Counted from the stretch's first letter, positions 29,019-38,934 are shown. The stretch is 64,000 nt of DNA from Chlamydiales bacterium (GCA_031292375.1 JARLHF010000049.1:4377-68376), one strand, 5' to 3'. The notes: generated from the letters alone by a model not told the origin. Program-made: numbers and translations.

Positions 29019-30854
29019 ATGCAAAGACCCCGAAAATTGTTATCATCCCTAGCCTTGTTTACTGTAACAGCAGTAGCTGGGCTTATTATCTCTGGATGCT
29101 GCCGCAATAGCTGTTATGACAGCTGTTACCCAGCACCTTGTGCACCAACATGTGCTCCTGTGTGCGCACCTAATTGTGCACCACAGAACGGCTGGGCCCC
29201 ATCAGGGTATCAGAACAATAGCTATCGCTTAGATTACAATTCTAAGTTACAATTTGGCCAACAACAGTATTATAATAATAGCAACCAAGGTGGCTATTAT
29301 CAAAATAACAACGCACCAGCGTATGCTCCAAGCACACCTGTAGGAAACTGTGGAGCAGGAAGCTGTTCTGTACCTACTCCAGTATGTGCACCAGCACCTG
29401 TTTGCGCCCCTGTTTGTGCACCAGCACCTGTATGCGCACCTGTTTGTGCACCAGCACCTGTTTGTGCACCTGTTTGCGCACCAACACCAGATTGTCCTAA
29501 TACAGTAACAATCAACACAGACCTTATTCGCATTACAAAAAAATTCCCTCCAAAAGTTGACCTCAACCAAGAATTTATGGTTGAAATGACAGCAACTGCT
29601 TTGGATAATGCGTCTAATGTTGTGATCACAGAAACAGTTCCAGCAAGCTTGTCATTTGTTCGCAGTGAACCTGGAGCAACTGCAGGTGCTGATCACCTAG
29701 TATGGAACATTGATGCAATTAAAAAAGGCCAAACACAAACAATTAAAATTTTCTTCAAGCCAACAGCTTGCGGTGAAGTTTGTGGATGCACAACTGTTAC
29801 AGCAGTGCCTTTCATTTGCGCACCTGTTTTTGTTGGATGCCCATGCATCACATGTAAAAAAACAGGACCTACAAGAGTTAATTGCAATGAGCCAATTGAT
29901 TTCATGATCACTGTTACAAACACAGGTACAGCTGTTGCTAAGAATGTTCTTGTAACAGAAAACCTTCCACCAGAAGTAGAGCATGCAAGCGGACAGAGAG
30001 TTCTCAAGTTCCCACTTGGCGATCTTTGCCCAGGCGAAACAAAGCAAATTTGTGTACGTGTAAAAGCTTTAACACGCTGCATTCGCGTATGCAACCAAAT
30101 CACAACAACATCTTCTAACTGCGAAGGCAGTGGTTGTGAGTGCTGCTTAGACATTTGTCAAAACATCGTTTCTATCAGAAAAACTGGTCCTTGCGAACAG
30201 TATATCTGCAAAAATGCTGATTACCAAATCGTCATTAAAAACGAGGGTGACAACGTTCTACATAACGTAGTTGTAACAGACTATGCACCTGCTGGAACAT
30301 CTATTGTGATGGCTCCTGGTGCTAATGTTTCTTGCAACAACGCAACATGGTGTGTACCTTGCTTAGGTCCAAATGAAGAAAAAGTATTCAACCTAAAACT
30401 TACTTCTACTGTATGTGGAACTTATTGCAACAAAGCATCTGTTCGTGCATCTGATGGATGCGGTGCAGACACACAAATTTGCACTATATGGAAAGGTTGC
30501 GGCGGTATCTGCACAAATGTATGTGGCTGCGAAGGATCTATTTGCCTTGGCAACTTTGACACATACAAAATTACTGTAAGAAACCAAAGCGTTGTAGCTG
30601 ACAAAAACGTTGCAATCGTTGCAACATTCAGCCCAGAACTTCAACCAGTTAGCGCAAATGGCTCTACTGCTTGCACAGTTTCTGGACAAACAGTTACATT
30701 CAAACCAATTCCTTCTCTTGGACCAAAACAAGTAGCTGAATATACAGTTAAAGTTAAAGGTGTAGCAGCTGGAGATGGACGTGTAAAAGTTTCTACAATG
30801 TCAGACTTCTTGACAAGACCACTTGTTGATGAAGAAAGCACACAAGTGTACTAG
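29019..30854 (+). CDS. omcB: Large cysteine-rich outer membrane complex protein OmcB (DUF11 repeats)
   Basis: Cys-rich. DUF11-like modules (ITVTNTGTAVAKNVLVTENLP; IVIKNEGDNVLHNVVVTDYAP). C-terminal ...EESTQVY typical of OmcB. Confidence 0.9.
   Translation: MQRPRKLLSSLALFTVTAVAGLIISGCCRNSCYDSCYPAPCAPTCAPVCAPNCAPQNGWAPSGYQNNSYRLDYNSKLQFGQQQYYNNSNQGGYYQNNNAPAYAPSTPVGNCGAGSCSVPTPVCAPAPVCAPVCAPAPVCAPVCAPAPVCAPVCAPTPDCPNTVTINTDLIRITKKFPPKVDLNQEFMVEMTATALDNASNVVITETVPASLSFVRSEPGATAGADHLVWNIDAIKKGQTQTIKIFFKPTACGEVCGCTTVTAVPFICAPVFVGCPCITCKKTGPTRVNCNEPIDFMITVTNTGTAVAKNVLVTENLPPEVEHASGQRVLKFPLGDLCPGETKQICVRVKALTRCIRVCNQITTTSSNCEGSGCECCLDICQNIVSIRKTGPCEQYICKNADYQIVIKNEGDNVLHNVVVTDYAPAGTSIVMAPGANVSCNNATWCVPCLGPNEEKVFNLKLTSTVCGTYCNKASVRASDGCGADTQICTIWKGCGGICTNVCGCEGSICLGNFDTYKITVRNQSVVADKNVAIVATFSPELQPVSANGSTACTVSGQTVTFKPIPSLGPKQVAEYTVKVKGVAAGDGRVKVSTMSDFLTRPLVDEESTQVY
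29382..29483 (+). repeat. In-frame 30-bp tandem repeat (about 3.4 units) encoding VCAPAPVCAP
   Basis: gt(a/t)tgtgcaccagcacctgt(a/t)tg(c/t)gc(a/c)cct repeated within omcB. Confidence 0.9.
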
Positions 30855-30895
30855 TAGAAAACAGCTCAATAAACCCTAAAGTTTACTTGAGATAA

Positions 30896-30926
30896 AAAGG
30901 GGCGGATTTACAAAATCCGCCCCTTT
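30896..30926 (+). terminator. Rho-independent terminator of omcB
   Basis: aaaggggcggattt-aca-aaatccgccccttt followed by gctttttt. Confidence 0.9.
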
Positions 30927-30986
30927 GCTTTTTTAAAGCTTATGTTATATCATAGCTCCTGTTATCAAAAACTTCGAAATATATTT

Positions 30987-31793
30987 ATGAAAAAATTACC
31001 TTTATGGAAAGAAGCTTCTTCCTTTGGTGAAGCAGAAAAAAACTGGGATGAAGGAGCAAAAGCTGCAAGAAAGATCTGTCCCTTAAAAATTCCTAAATCT
31101 CTACCCTCCATGGTAGGCATCACTCCTGAGACTCAAAAAGGTCTCAAGTGGAAAAGCCTAAAATGGATGATAAAAGAAGATAAAAACAGAGCCATCCTTA
31201 AAAATATTTTACAGCACCCTTTCAAATACCCTTTATCTTTCTTAAAATCAGTTTTCAAAAAAAGCTCTTATATTAGAGATGATGATTTTTTTCTTTATGG
31301 GATCAAAAATGTAGATGAATTCAAAATTCTTTTAAAAAAACCCAATGTCCTTTTAGTTGCAGGCTTTTCTTATTGTCATAAGCCTCACGAATGCCCCTCT
31401 GGTCGTTTTACAACTAGTTGTATTCATGATAGCGAAAATCCCGTCTGCAGACAATGCTACATTGGTAAGTGCGTCAATGCCCTTCCAGAAAACAATGTAA
31501 AACCCCTCTTTATTACCACGATCCACTACATTGGTGAAGAAATTTTTAAACTTGTGCACGCAAATCCAAACAAACAGGTCATCTTTATCATCACAGCTTG
31601 TGAAATGACCCTTCAGATGTTTGGAGATTTTGGAAATATGGTAGGGATCAAAGGAATTGGTGTAAGACTCGACGGGCGCATCTGCAATACCATGAAAGCT
31701 TTTGAATTATCAGAGCAAGGCATCAAGCCAGGACTTACTGTTGTTCTTGACCATACACAAAAGCGTATTCTCGACTTACTCCGCTTGCTCTAA
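30987..31793 (+). CDS. Cys-rich hypothetical protein, DUF116-like
   Basis: SYCHKPHEC...SC...CRQCYIGKC, IITACEMTL, GIGVRLDGRIC. Start 30942 or 30987. Confidence 0.5.
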   Translation: MKKLPLWKEASSFGEAEKNWDEGAKAARKICPLKIPKSLPSMVGITPETQKGLKWKSLKWMIKEDKNRAILKNILQHPFKYPLSFLKSVFKKSSYIRDDDFFLYGIKNVDEFKILLKKPNVLLVAGFSYCHKPHECPSGRFTTSCIHDSENPVCRQCYIGKCVNALPENNVKPLFITTIHYIGEEIFKLVHANPNKQVIFIITACEMTLQMFGDFGNMVGIKGIGVRLDGRICNTMKAFELSEQGIKPGLTVVLDHTQKRILDLLRLL

Positions 31794-32975
31794 ATCCTGA
31801 ATTCTTTGAAGGATAAACTCCTCATATTTTGCAATAGCTACTTCTGGATCGCTAAGGCGCTCCTCTTTTGAAACCATCAACATCTCCTGAATCAGACATT
31901 GTAAAGGACTCTTTTTCATATGCTCTGGAGTAATCGTAACAATCTCTCCTTGTTGCAAATTTATTATTGCTCGCATCTGCTTTCTAATAGCCTTTTTCTC
32001 ATCTCCAGATTCATTCCGCAAAATCCAATGGGGATGTTTTGCATAATACATCTCAAATAGTGCACAACCAAGAGCCCACATATCCTCAGAAACGCTTCTT
32101 AAAAAAGGACTTGATCCTCTTTCAAAGCTCTTAGCATATTCTGGAGAAAAGTATATAGGTGTTCCACTAGCTACTTGTAGACGCTCATGATTGCTACTTC
32201 TGCAAGATAGGCCAAAATCACCAAGATATCCAGAGCATTCTTCTTTGCCTGTATTTGCATCACGGGTAATGTCAACAAAAATATTATCTCGCTTAACATC
32301 TAAATGAAGGATCTCTCTTGCTTTACATCCTTTGAGCCCATAAAGCACGTCTAGCGTAATTCTTAACTGATCTTTTTCCAAATAGTCATATTCTAATCCC
32401 TCTTCGTTTTTTTCATCTAAAGCGCCAAGCCTATAATAAGGTTGCTCTAAAAAAGCTTTTTCGCATCCTTTTTTGCCTCCTATAAAGTTTAAGCTTAAAG
32501 CACTTGCAACCCCCCTTACGCCTTCTAGCTCCTTTAAAACCCCATACTCTCTTTCAATATCCGCTCTCAATTTGAGCGTATCTGCTTTAGAAATACCTAC
32601 AACAATCATTTCCTCTAAATTACAACTTACGGCGGTGCGAACCTTGTATTTAAAAGTCCCTGGGCAAAACGTATAATCTCCAAGCCTCTTCTTATTAAAA
32701 TGTACCCGAACATCGCCATCTCTCAATACTTCAATAGCCCTTGGAAGCTTATTTGCAGAGGCCCCTTTATAGACAAATCCATCAAGACTCTCATATGCCT
32801 CAGCTAGCAGTGCCTCATAGTTTGTTTTGATGTAATGATAAATATCTGCAACATCAAATAGGGAAAGACTTGGGTAGCATATCTTTGCAGCCCTCTGAAA
32901 ACCTTTTGCTTTTTCAAGACTTGGAGAGTATTCCAAATCTAATGTTACAAAACTATGAGATGTGACAGTACTCAC
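31776..32975 (-). CDS. Eukaryotic-like Ser/Thr protein kinase (non-RD)
   Basis: GTFK Gly-loop, HLDVKRDN, DFG, GTPIYFSPE, DMWALG. Confidence 0.88.
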   Translation of the reverse strand: MSTVTSHSFVTLDLEYSPSLEKAKGFQRAAKICYPSLSLFDVADIYHYIKTNYEALLAEAYESLDGFVYKGASANKLPRAIEVLRDGDVRVHFNKKRLGDYTFCPGTFKYKVRTAVSCNLEEMIVVGISKADTLKLRADIEREYGVLKELEGVRGVASALSLNFIGGKKGCEKAFLEQPYYRLGALDEKNEEGLEYDYLEKDQLRITLDVLYGLKGCKAREILHLDVKRDNIFVDITRDANTGKEECSGYLGDFGLSCRSSNHERLQVASGTPIYFSPEYAKSFERGSSPFLRSVSEDMWALGCALFEMYYAKHPHWILRNESGDEKKAIRKQMRAIINLQQGEIVTITPEHMKKSPLQCLIQEMLMVSKEERLSDPEVAIAKYEEFILQRIQDLEQAE

Positions 32976-34500
32976 GATGGCTCCTATTTTTTTCTAAAAA
33001 TTCAATTCTTTCAAGGAAAAGCCTTTCATATTTTGCAATAATGACTCCTGGATCTGTAAGACGCTTATCCTTAAACACTGCTAATAAATCACAAATCATA
33101 TACACCAAAGGACATTCTTCCACTGGAACATCTGGGGGTATAAGTTGTAACATATTCTTCACCATTGTTCTTACCTGCTTCCATGAAGTCACTCGTGTTT
33201 GTGGAAACCAAGGAGGACTATAATTAAAACACAGTTTATATAAAGTGCAACCCAAGGCCCACATATCATCAGAAAATTCTCTTAAAGGCATCTCTAAATT
33301 CCTTCTACGGCATCTGGAAACTTCCTCAATGTATTCAGGAGAGAAAAACGCAGGTGTTCCAACCAACACTTCTTTTAAACGATCTATTTCATCTTTTCTA
33401 CAATAAGAACCAAAATCACTTAAGTGAGCTGAATATTCTCTTTCACCTGTAATTGCATCTTCATTAGAAATACCAATAAGCACATTACCCGGCTTAATAT
33501 CTCTGTGGATAATTCCATTTGCTTTACACTTTTTAAGCCCATAAAGCAAATCAAGCGTTATCTTCAATCGATCTACTTCTGAATATGCTTCAGGATTATT
33601 TAAAGAACCCATTTCATAACAAGGTTGCTTTAGAAAGGCCTTTTCTTGATTTTCTTTACCACAAATAAAATTCAAGCTCAATGCACTTGCAATACCCCTT
33701 GTTCCTTCTAATTCTTTTAAGATCACATATTCTCTTCCAATGCTCTCTCTTAAATCGGGATTATCCGCTTTAGCTACAGCTATACTAACTACTTTTCCTA
33801 AATCACAGCTTATGGCTGTACGAACTGTTTTATATGTTCCCTCACCAAGTAAACGGTCACCTAGCCTCAGCTTATTGAAGTGCACAAGCACATCACCTTC
33901 CTTTGAAACTTCAACAGCCCTTGGAAGGGACTCAGAAGCCCTCTGATAACCAGGTTTTCCATCTTCTTTGCTGGCCGCCACATGCAATTCCTCGAAATTT
34001 GTCTCAATGCAAGCAGAAATTGCTTTAATTTCATCAGGGAAAAAGGGATAACTATTAGGAGCTGCTTTTACAATGCTCTCAAAAGTTTTTGCTTTTTTTG
34101 AGCCAACAGAGCGCATCTGAACATCCTGCTCTTTAAATTGCATTAAATTGCCTTCTATACAAGCCTTATAAGCGTCGCTTTGCTCAATATTAAAGCATTT
34201 TGCTATATCTTTAATTTTTGCAAGAACAATATGTAATTCACCACTCTCCTCAGTAACCACACGCAAGGGTACTTCACGCATCTGAGGATTATAGGAAACT
34301 CCTTCATACAGCTCTAAAGTATCAGATGCTTCTTCTGAAGTAATAAATCTTACAGAAATCTTGTTTTCTACGGATTGGAAACAAGATAGAGTCAAATGCG
34401 AAGCGATAGGGCTTTCTTCATTTGGATCTTTAGTAAATGAACCCCTTACGCAAGCAAGAGAAGAGAGTGGTTCTAAAAAATTACATACAACAGCGCTCAT
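32953..34500 (-). CDS. Eukaryotic-like Ser/Thr protein kinase (RD type), paralog of downstream kinase
   Basis: GEGTYKTV, HRDIKPGN, DFG, GTPAFFSPE, DMWALG; extra N-terminal region of about 150 aa. Confidence 0.9.
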   Translation of the reverse strand: MSAVVCNFLEPLSSLACVRGSFTKDPNEESPIASHLTLSCFQSVENKISVRFITSEEASDTLELYEGVSYNPQMREVPLRVVTEESGELHIVLAKIKDIAKCFNIEQSDAYKACIEGNLMQFKEQDVQMRSVGSKKAKTFESIVKAAPNSYPFFPDEIKAISACIETNFEELHVAASKEDGKPGYQRASESLPRAVEVSKEGDVLVHFNKLRLGDRLLGEGTYKTVRTAISCDLGKVVSIAVAKADNPDLRESIGREYVILKELEGTRGIASALSLNFICGKENQEKAFLKQPCYEMGSLNNPEAYSEVDRLKITLDLLYGLKKCKANGIIHRDIKPGNVLIGISNEDAITGEREYSAHLSDFGSYCRKDEIDRLKEVLVGTPAFFSPEYIEEVSRCRRRNLEMPLREFSDDMWALGCTLYKLCFNYSPPWFPQTRVTSWKQVRTMVKNMLQLIPPDVPVEECPLVYMICDLLAVFKDKRLTDPGVIIAKYERLFLERIEFLEKNRSHREYCHIS

Positions 34501-34515
34501 AATCTATTTACTCTT

Positions 34516-35475
34516 CTATTTATAAAGGTGTTTTTTTCTAAATGGCTTATGCGTATCTTCTGCATGATAGGGTCTAAGTCTTTCCGAATGAACGCAACTT
34601 TCCTGGCAACACCCCTTGTGAGTATGTAAGCAGGTAAGACAACATAAGAAAAGCTCATTACAGTCCATATTAGCACAGTTATAATAGGTATCAGAAAGCG
34701 ATTTACAATGACGACAAGAGCCAATAATCTCAGATCCATCCTCATTGCCAACACTAATTGCAAGACGATCATCAAAAACAAATAATTTCCCAACCCAGTG
34801 CTTATGCCCAACTTCTAAGCCATATTTAATGACGCCCCCTTGCAACTGATAAACGGACTCAAAGCCTTCTTCCATCATAAGAGCAGAGTAAAGCTCGCAG
34901 CGAATGCCACCCGTGCAATACATCAAAACTTTTGTTTTTTTGGGATCTCTTGTTTTTTTTAATTCTTTTGCAAATTGTGGAAATTCACGAAATGTTTCAA
35001 GAGGAGGTAGTAGTGCGCCCTCAAAATAACCAATCCTTGTTTCATAGTTGTTGCGCGTATCAATAAGGACGAGATCTTCATCTCGATTATCTAGCATACT
35101 TTCCCACTCCTTTGCAGAAAGGGGCTGACCTCTTTTTGAAAGATCAACATCTTTATCCATTGCAACGAGCTGTTTTCGCACCTTTACTGTCATCTTAGGA
35201 AATGCATTCTCATGATGTTTATGAACTTTAAACTCCATGTCTTTAAAGCGAGCATCATCATGCATCCAATGCATATATGCATAGGCATCTTCTTTGAGCG
35301 CGCTCATTTGACCATTAATCCCTTGGTGGGAAATGTAGATTCTTCCGCTGACATCTCTCTCTTCAAAAAATGTCTTATGCTTTCTAACTTCATCTTCTGG
35401 ATTTTCGATGGGCGTAAAATAATAATAGGCAAGAACCCAGTACTCTTTAGATAAGGATGTCATATTTTCAGTCAT
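34516..35475 (-). CDS. trhO: tRNA uridine(34) hydroxylase (rhodanese YceA/TrhO)
   Basis: GRIYISHQGING, IDTRNNYE, YCTGGIRCE, LQGGVIKY, GKLFVFDDR. Confidence 0.92.
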   Translation of the reverse strand: MTENMTSLSKEYWVLAYYYFTPIENPEDEVRKHKTFFEERDVSGRIYISHQGINGQMSALKEDAYAYMHWMHDDARFKDMEFKVHKHHENAFPKMTVKVRKQLVAMDKDVDLSKRGQPLSAKEWESMLDNRDEDLVLIDTRNNYETRIGYFEGALLPPLETFREFPQFAKELKKTRDPKKTKVLMYCTGGIRCELYSALMMEEGFESVYQLQGGVIKYGLEVGHKHWVGKLFVFDDRLAISVGNEDGSEIIGSCRHCKSLSDTYYNCANMDCNELFLCCLTCLHTHKGCCQESCVHSERLRPYHAEDTHKPFRKKHLYK

Positions 35476-35624
35476 GATCTTAAAAGCTTTAAAATAAATT
35501 ATAAACGCTGCCAGTGTATCAGCAATTTCTTATTAAATCAAGAAATTTACCTTGCGAAAAATAAGAAACTCTAACTAATATACTGGATCTATAAATGCAA
35601 CTTTCTAAAGATTCAGGAGAAATA

Positions 35625-36239
35625 ATGGCTCGATATACAGGTCCTAAAAACCGTATTGCACGTCGTTTTGGCGTCAACATCTTCGGACGCGACCGCAATC
35701 CACTTATCCACAAACAAAATCCTCCAGGCGTACATGGCGCTCGCCGTAAAAAGAAGTCCGATTTCGGCCTTCAACTTGAGGAAAAACAAAAGCTCAGGGC
35801 TGTCTATGGCATGATTAGTCAAAAACAACTGGTAACTTATTATCACAAAGCTATCAAAAAGCAAGAAAATACAGCTGAGTGTCTTCTTGCTATGCTTGAA
35901 TGCAGATTAGACAATATCGTTTACAGACTCAAGTTTGCCGGAACTATTTTTGCAGCTCACCAACTAGTTGCGCATGGACATGTGCTCGTCAATGGAAAAA
36001 AAGTAGATATTCGCTCTTTCCAAGTACGTCCTGGCATGGTTGTTTCATTAAAAGAGAAATCAAAAGAGATCGGAGCTGTAAAAAAAGCTCAAGAAAGTGT
36101 ACGAGAAATTCCTGAATATTTGTCCTTAGAGGCAAACGGCGCCGGAAAGCTCCTTTCGCTTCCAAGCCCAGAGCAAATCTCTCATCCGCTTCCTTTAAAT
36201 ATACCTCTTATTTGCGAGTTTTTAGCTCACACTAACTAA
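35625..36239 (+). CDS. rpsD: 30S ribosomal protein S4
   Basis: [39 protein letters not shown]; AGGAG RBS before ATG 35625. Confidence 0.97.
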   Translation: MARYTGPKNRIARRFGVNIFGRDRNPLIHKQNPPGVHGARRKKKSDFGLQLEEKQKLRAVYGMISQKQLVTYYHKAIKKQENTAECLLAMLECRLDNIVYRLKFAGTIFAAHQLVAHGHVLVNGKKVDIRSFQVRPGMVVSLKEKSKEIGAVKKAQESVREIPEYLSLEANGAGKLLSLPSPEQISHPLPLNIPLICEFLAHTN

Positions 36240-36273
36240 GTTTTGCTGCCTTAAGCATGTTAGAGATTAACTT

Positions 36274-36302
36274 AATTGAGCCTTTTATATAAAGGCTCAA
36301 TT
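36274..36302 (+). terminator. Terminator-like hairpin after rpsD
   Basis: aattgagccttt ... aaaggctcaatt followed by a T run. Confidence 0.75.
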
Positions 36303-36333
36303 TTTATATATACACAAAGTTCGGAGTGCCACC

Positions 36334-37050
36334 TTGAAAAACAAAATCCTACCAACACTTTGCCTATTTTCATCTTGCCTACTAAACCCTTTTACTTGCA
36401 CTGCAACACCTGCACCGCAAGCTTCTGATCACTATAGTGATATCTACCCTTCCATTATACAAACTATCGCATCCACCTCCGTCTTTAGTGGGGATCGACA
36501 TGGACAGTTTGAAGGGGATCTTTTAACAACACTATCCGATGGGTCCACTTGGAAAATACACCCTGACTCACGATCAACCTATGAGTCTTGGCAGGTAGGA
36601 GATCATGTGCGCGTCAAACTACGCACAGAGTTTTACTGGTTTAAACGAGAACACAAATTTGAACTATTTAATCACGACCGTGGGCAAACAGTTAAAGTCA
36701 TGCTTATCAAGCATAAAACAATACCAGGGCCTTTAAAAATCATCTCTACAGAAACATATGCAAAGTCTACTCGTACTATTCAAGAAACAAAAGAGGTTCT
36801 TAAAGTAAAAGAAGATGGGACAACAAAAAAAGAATATGTAATTGAAACAAAAGAAGAGCCTTGTGATTTTCGTAAAATACTATCTCTCAATGATGGCAGC
36901 ACTTGGGTAATCAAAGAAAATCTCAACCAAGTTCAGCTAGGATCCAGAGTATACATAGGCGCTCAAGGCGTGCCTGGACAATTTTATGATTACGTTATCA
37001 TTACAGGCGACCAAAGAGAAGCTCTTTCTACCAGAGCAAGACACCAATAA
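36334..37050 (+). CDS. Secreted hypothetical protein with duplicated L-x-DGSTW-x-I motif
   Basis: Signal-peptide-like N-terminus; LSDGSTWKI and LNDGSTWVI; TTG start with GGAG upstream. Confidence 0.7.
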   Translation: MKNKILPTLCLFSSCLLNPFTCTATPAPQASDHYSDIYPSIIQTIASTSVFSGDRHGQFEGDLLTTLSDGSTWKIHPDSRSTYESWQVGDHVRVKLRTEFYWFKREHKFELFNHDRGQTVKVMLIKHKTIPGPLKIISTETYAKSTRTIQETKEVLKVKEDGTTKKEYVIETKEEPCDFRKILSLNDGSTWVIKENLNQVQLGSRVYIGAQGVPGQFYDYVIITGDQREALSTRARHQ

Positions 37051-37065
37051 CTATAAATTGTCGTC

Positions 37066-37103
37066 GTAGATGAAAAATTAGTCGCGACTAATTTTTCATC
37101 TAC
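37066..37103. repeat. Perfect 38-bp palindrome
   Basis: gtagatgaaaaattagtcg|cgactaatttttcatctac, no spacer. Confidence 0.95.
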
Positions 37104-37197
37104 AGACTTCTTTCGAAACCACAATTCCTCGCCTCTGCCCCATATACACACATCATTAATGATGTGTATAACTCAGGTTATGCAAAAAGTCTAATTC

Positions 37198-38835
37198 TCA
37201 AACCAGCTCTTTTTTCTTTCTTAGGGTGAGCATTGCGACAATATCTTCTGCAGATATAAAGAAGGAGATGATTACAAAAACAACAAAAAAAGATACCCCC
37301 TGTATAACAAGAGAGGCTAGTTGCCAAGAAAAATGCCGCTCAAAATTAGGTGTTATAGAAGAAATAATTATTGACAGTGTCCTATCTTTCAGCAATATAC
37401 CAACAAACAATGTTACAATAGATGCGATCATACTAGCAATACCTACTTTGCCAATGCATCTACCAAGCTCTGTAAGCCAACCATTTCCCTTTTCGATGAC
37501 TGAAGACATAAAAAAACAGTTAAAGTAGGCTGCAAGACTCGTAGCAACAGCTACGCTTACTGATGAAAAGCCAAAACCAAAAATAAAAAGGGCGTTTAGA
37601 CTTGCATTGATTACCATGGAAAAGAAAGAGGCTTTTGCAGATTTTTTAAAGTTACTCTGTGCAAAAAAAGCTGTTGCAAAAAGTAAAACAATGGTCATCG
37701 GAACAAGACCTATACAATAGCCCCACAAACAATAAGTAGTCTCTTGGATGGCTTTATCAGAAAAATCTCCCCTTCCAAATAAAAGGGTCACACTTGCACT
37801 TCCGAGCACTAAAAATGCAAATGTAATAGGAACCATAAGGCTTACAATACGTTTTAGACCTAAAAGTAGAAGCATATTATACTTTTCCTTATCTAGAGCT
37901 TTTAATGCCCTAGAAAGAGAAGGCAAAAGAGCTCCTGAAAATGCAACACCCAAAAGTGCAAGAGGAAGCTGTTGAATACGAATGGCATACCAAAGATATG
38001 CAGGTCCTTCTAAGTCTGCACTTCTTGCAAATATAGGATCTAAGCTGCTGTTCACCTGCGTTGCACTCACACCTATAACACCCAAAAGAAGTGGTCCTAA
38101 AAGCCTGCGAACATCCACTGAAAGCAACTTTATAGATGTAAAAATCTGTTTTCCAAGCGCTTCTCGAATAAACTTCCAGCTATAGGGCAAGGTAAGTGCC
38201 CATTGAAAAAAATAAGCAATCACTAAGCAGAGTGAAAGCGTACTCATTGCCACTATGTAGTCTTGATCTTTAAGTAGAAAGGCCGACCCCATCCAAATTA
38301 CATTAAAGGCAACGGGTGCAACACTTGGAAGAAAAAATCGATTTTCACACTGAAGAAGAGAGGTATTCAGCCCATAAAGACAGATAAAGACAATTCCTGG
38401 AAACATGAGGGCTGTGAACTTCAAAATCTCTGCATTGTCTTGCTTTAGATCACCATATTCCAAAGTAAGCCATAAAATAGATTCTACTACTAATGTAATC
38501 AAAAATAAAAGAGCTGTTAGAGAAGCGCTCAAATCTCTAAAGAAAGTAGCTGCGCGCTTTGTGCTTTCAGCACGCAAAGATTCAAACTCAGGAACAAATG
38601 CCGACTGCATTGCACCTTCTCCAAGAACGCGTCTTAAGAGGTTAGAAAAACGAAATGACATCAAAAATGCAGCAAGCGCTGGATGACTTCCAAACACAAA
38701 TGCCATCATCATATCTCTTCCCATACCAGAACATCTACTTAGCATCGTACCAGAAAAGAAATACTTAACAGCCCTTAGAACTGACTCAGAAGAGTCTTCC
38801 TTCATGAACATCTCATTTTTTTTTGCAACACCCAA
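37198..38835 (-). CDS. murJ: Lipid II flippase MurJ (MviN)
   Basis: SGTMLSRCSGMGRD, RRVLGEGAMQSAFVP, QLPLALLG, RGDFS; many TM helices. Start may be ATG about 25-30 nt downstream. Confidence 0.93.
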   Translation of the reverse strand: MGVAKKNEMFMKEDSSESVLRAVKYFFSGTMLSRCSGMGRDMMMAFVFGSHPALAAFLMSFRFSNLLRRVLGEGAMQSAFVPEFESLRAESTKRAATFFRDLSASLTALLFLITLVVESILWLTLEYGDLKQDNAEILKFTALMFPGIVFICLYGLNTSLLQCENRFFLPSVAPVAFNVIWMGSAFLLKDQDYIVAMSTLSLCLVIAYFFQWALTLPYSWKFIREALGKQIFTSIKLLSVDVRRLLGPLLLGVIGVSATQVNSSLDPIFARSADLEGPAYLWYAIRIQQLPLALLGVAFSGALLPSLSRALKALDKEKYNMLLLLGLKRIVSLMVPITFAFLVLGSASVTLLFGRGDFSDKAIQETTYCLWGYCIGLVPMTIVLLFATAFFAQSNFKKSAKASFFSMVINASLNALFIFGFGFSSVSVAVATSLAAYFNCFFMSSVIEKGNGWLTELGRCIGKVGIASMIASIVTLFVGILLKDRTLSIIISSITPNFERHFSWQLASLVIQGVSFFVVFVIISFFISAEDIVAMLTLRKKKELV

Positions 38836-38934
38836 GGTTACATTCTAAGAGGAAATATTATCCATCAAAACATTCGATTGACAAATTTAAAAATTTAACA
38901 GAATATCAGGAAAGAATTTGATTCAGAAAAAAGG

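Noticed and set aside
29382-29483. CRISPR-like regular repeats
   Set aside because: The units are contiguous, in frame inside omcB and have no spacers; no cas genes are present.
29247-30841. Several minus-strand and alternate-frame ORFs over omcB
   Set aside because: These are shadows produced by the repetitive codon usage of omcB.
32953-32975. Frameshifted single two-kinase gene
   Set aside because: Both ORFs are complete kinases with their own start and stop. A short overlap is common in this compact genome and no slippery site is evident.
34497-34811. 104-aa ORF apparently linking trhO and the kinase
   Set aside because: It lies almost entirely within trhO in another frame and has no motif support.
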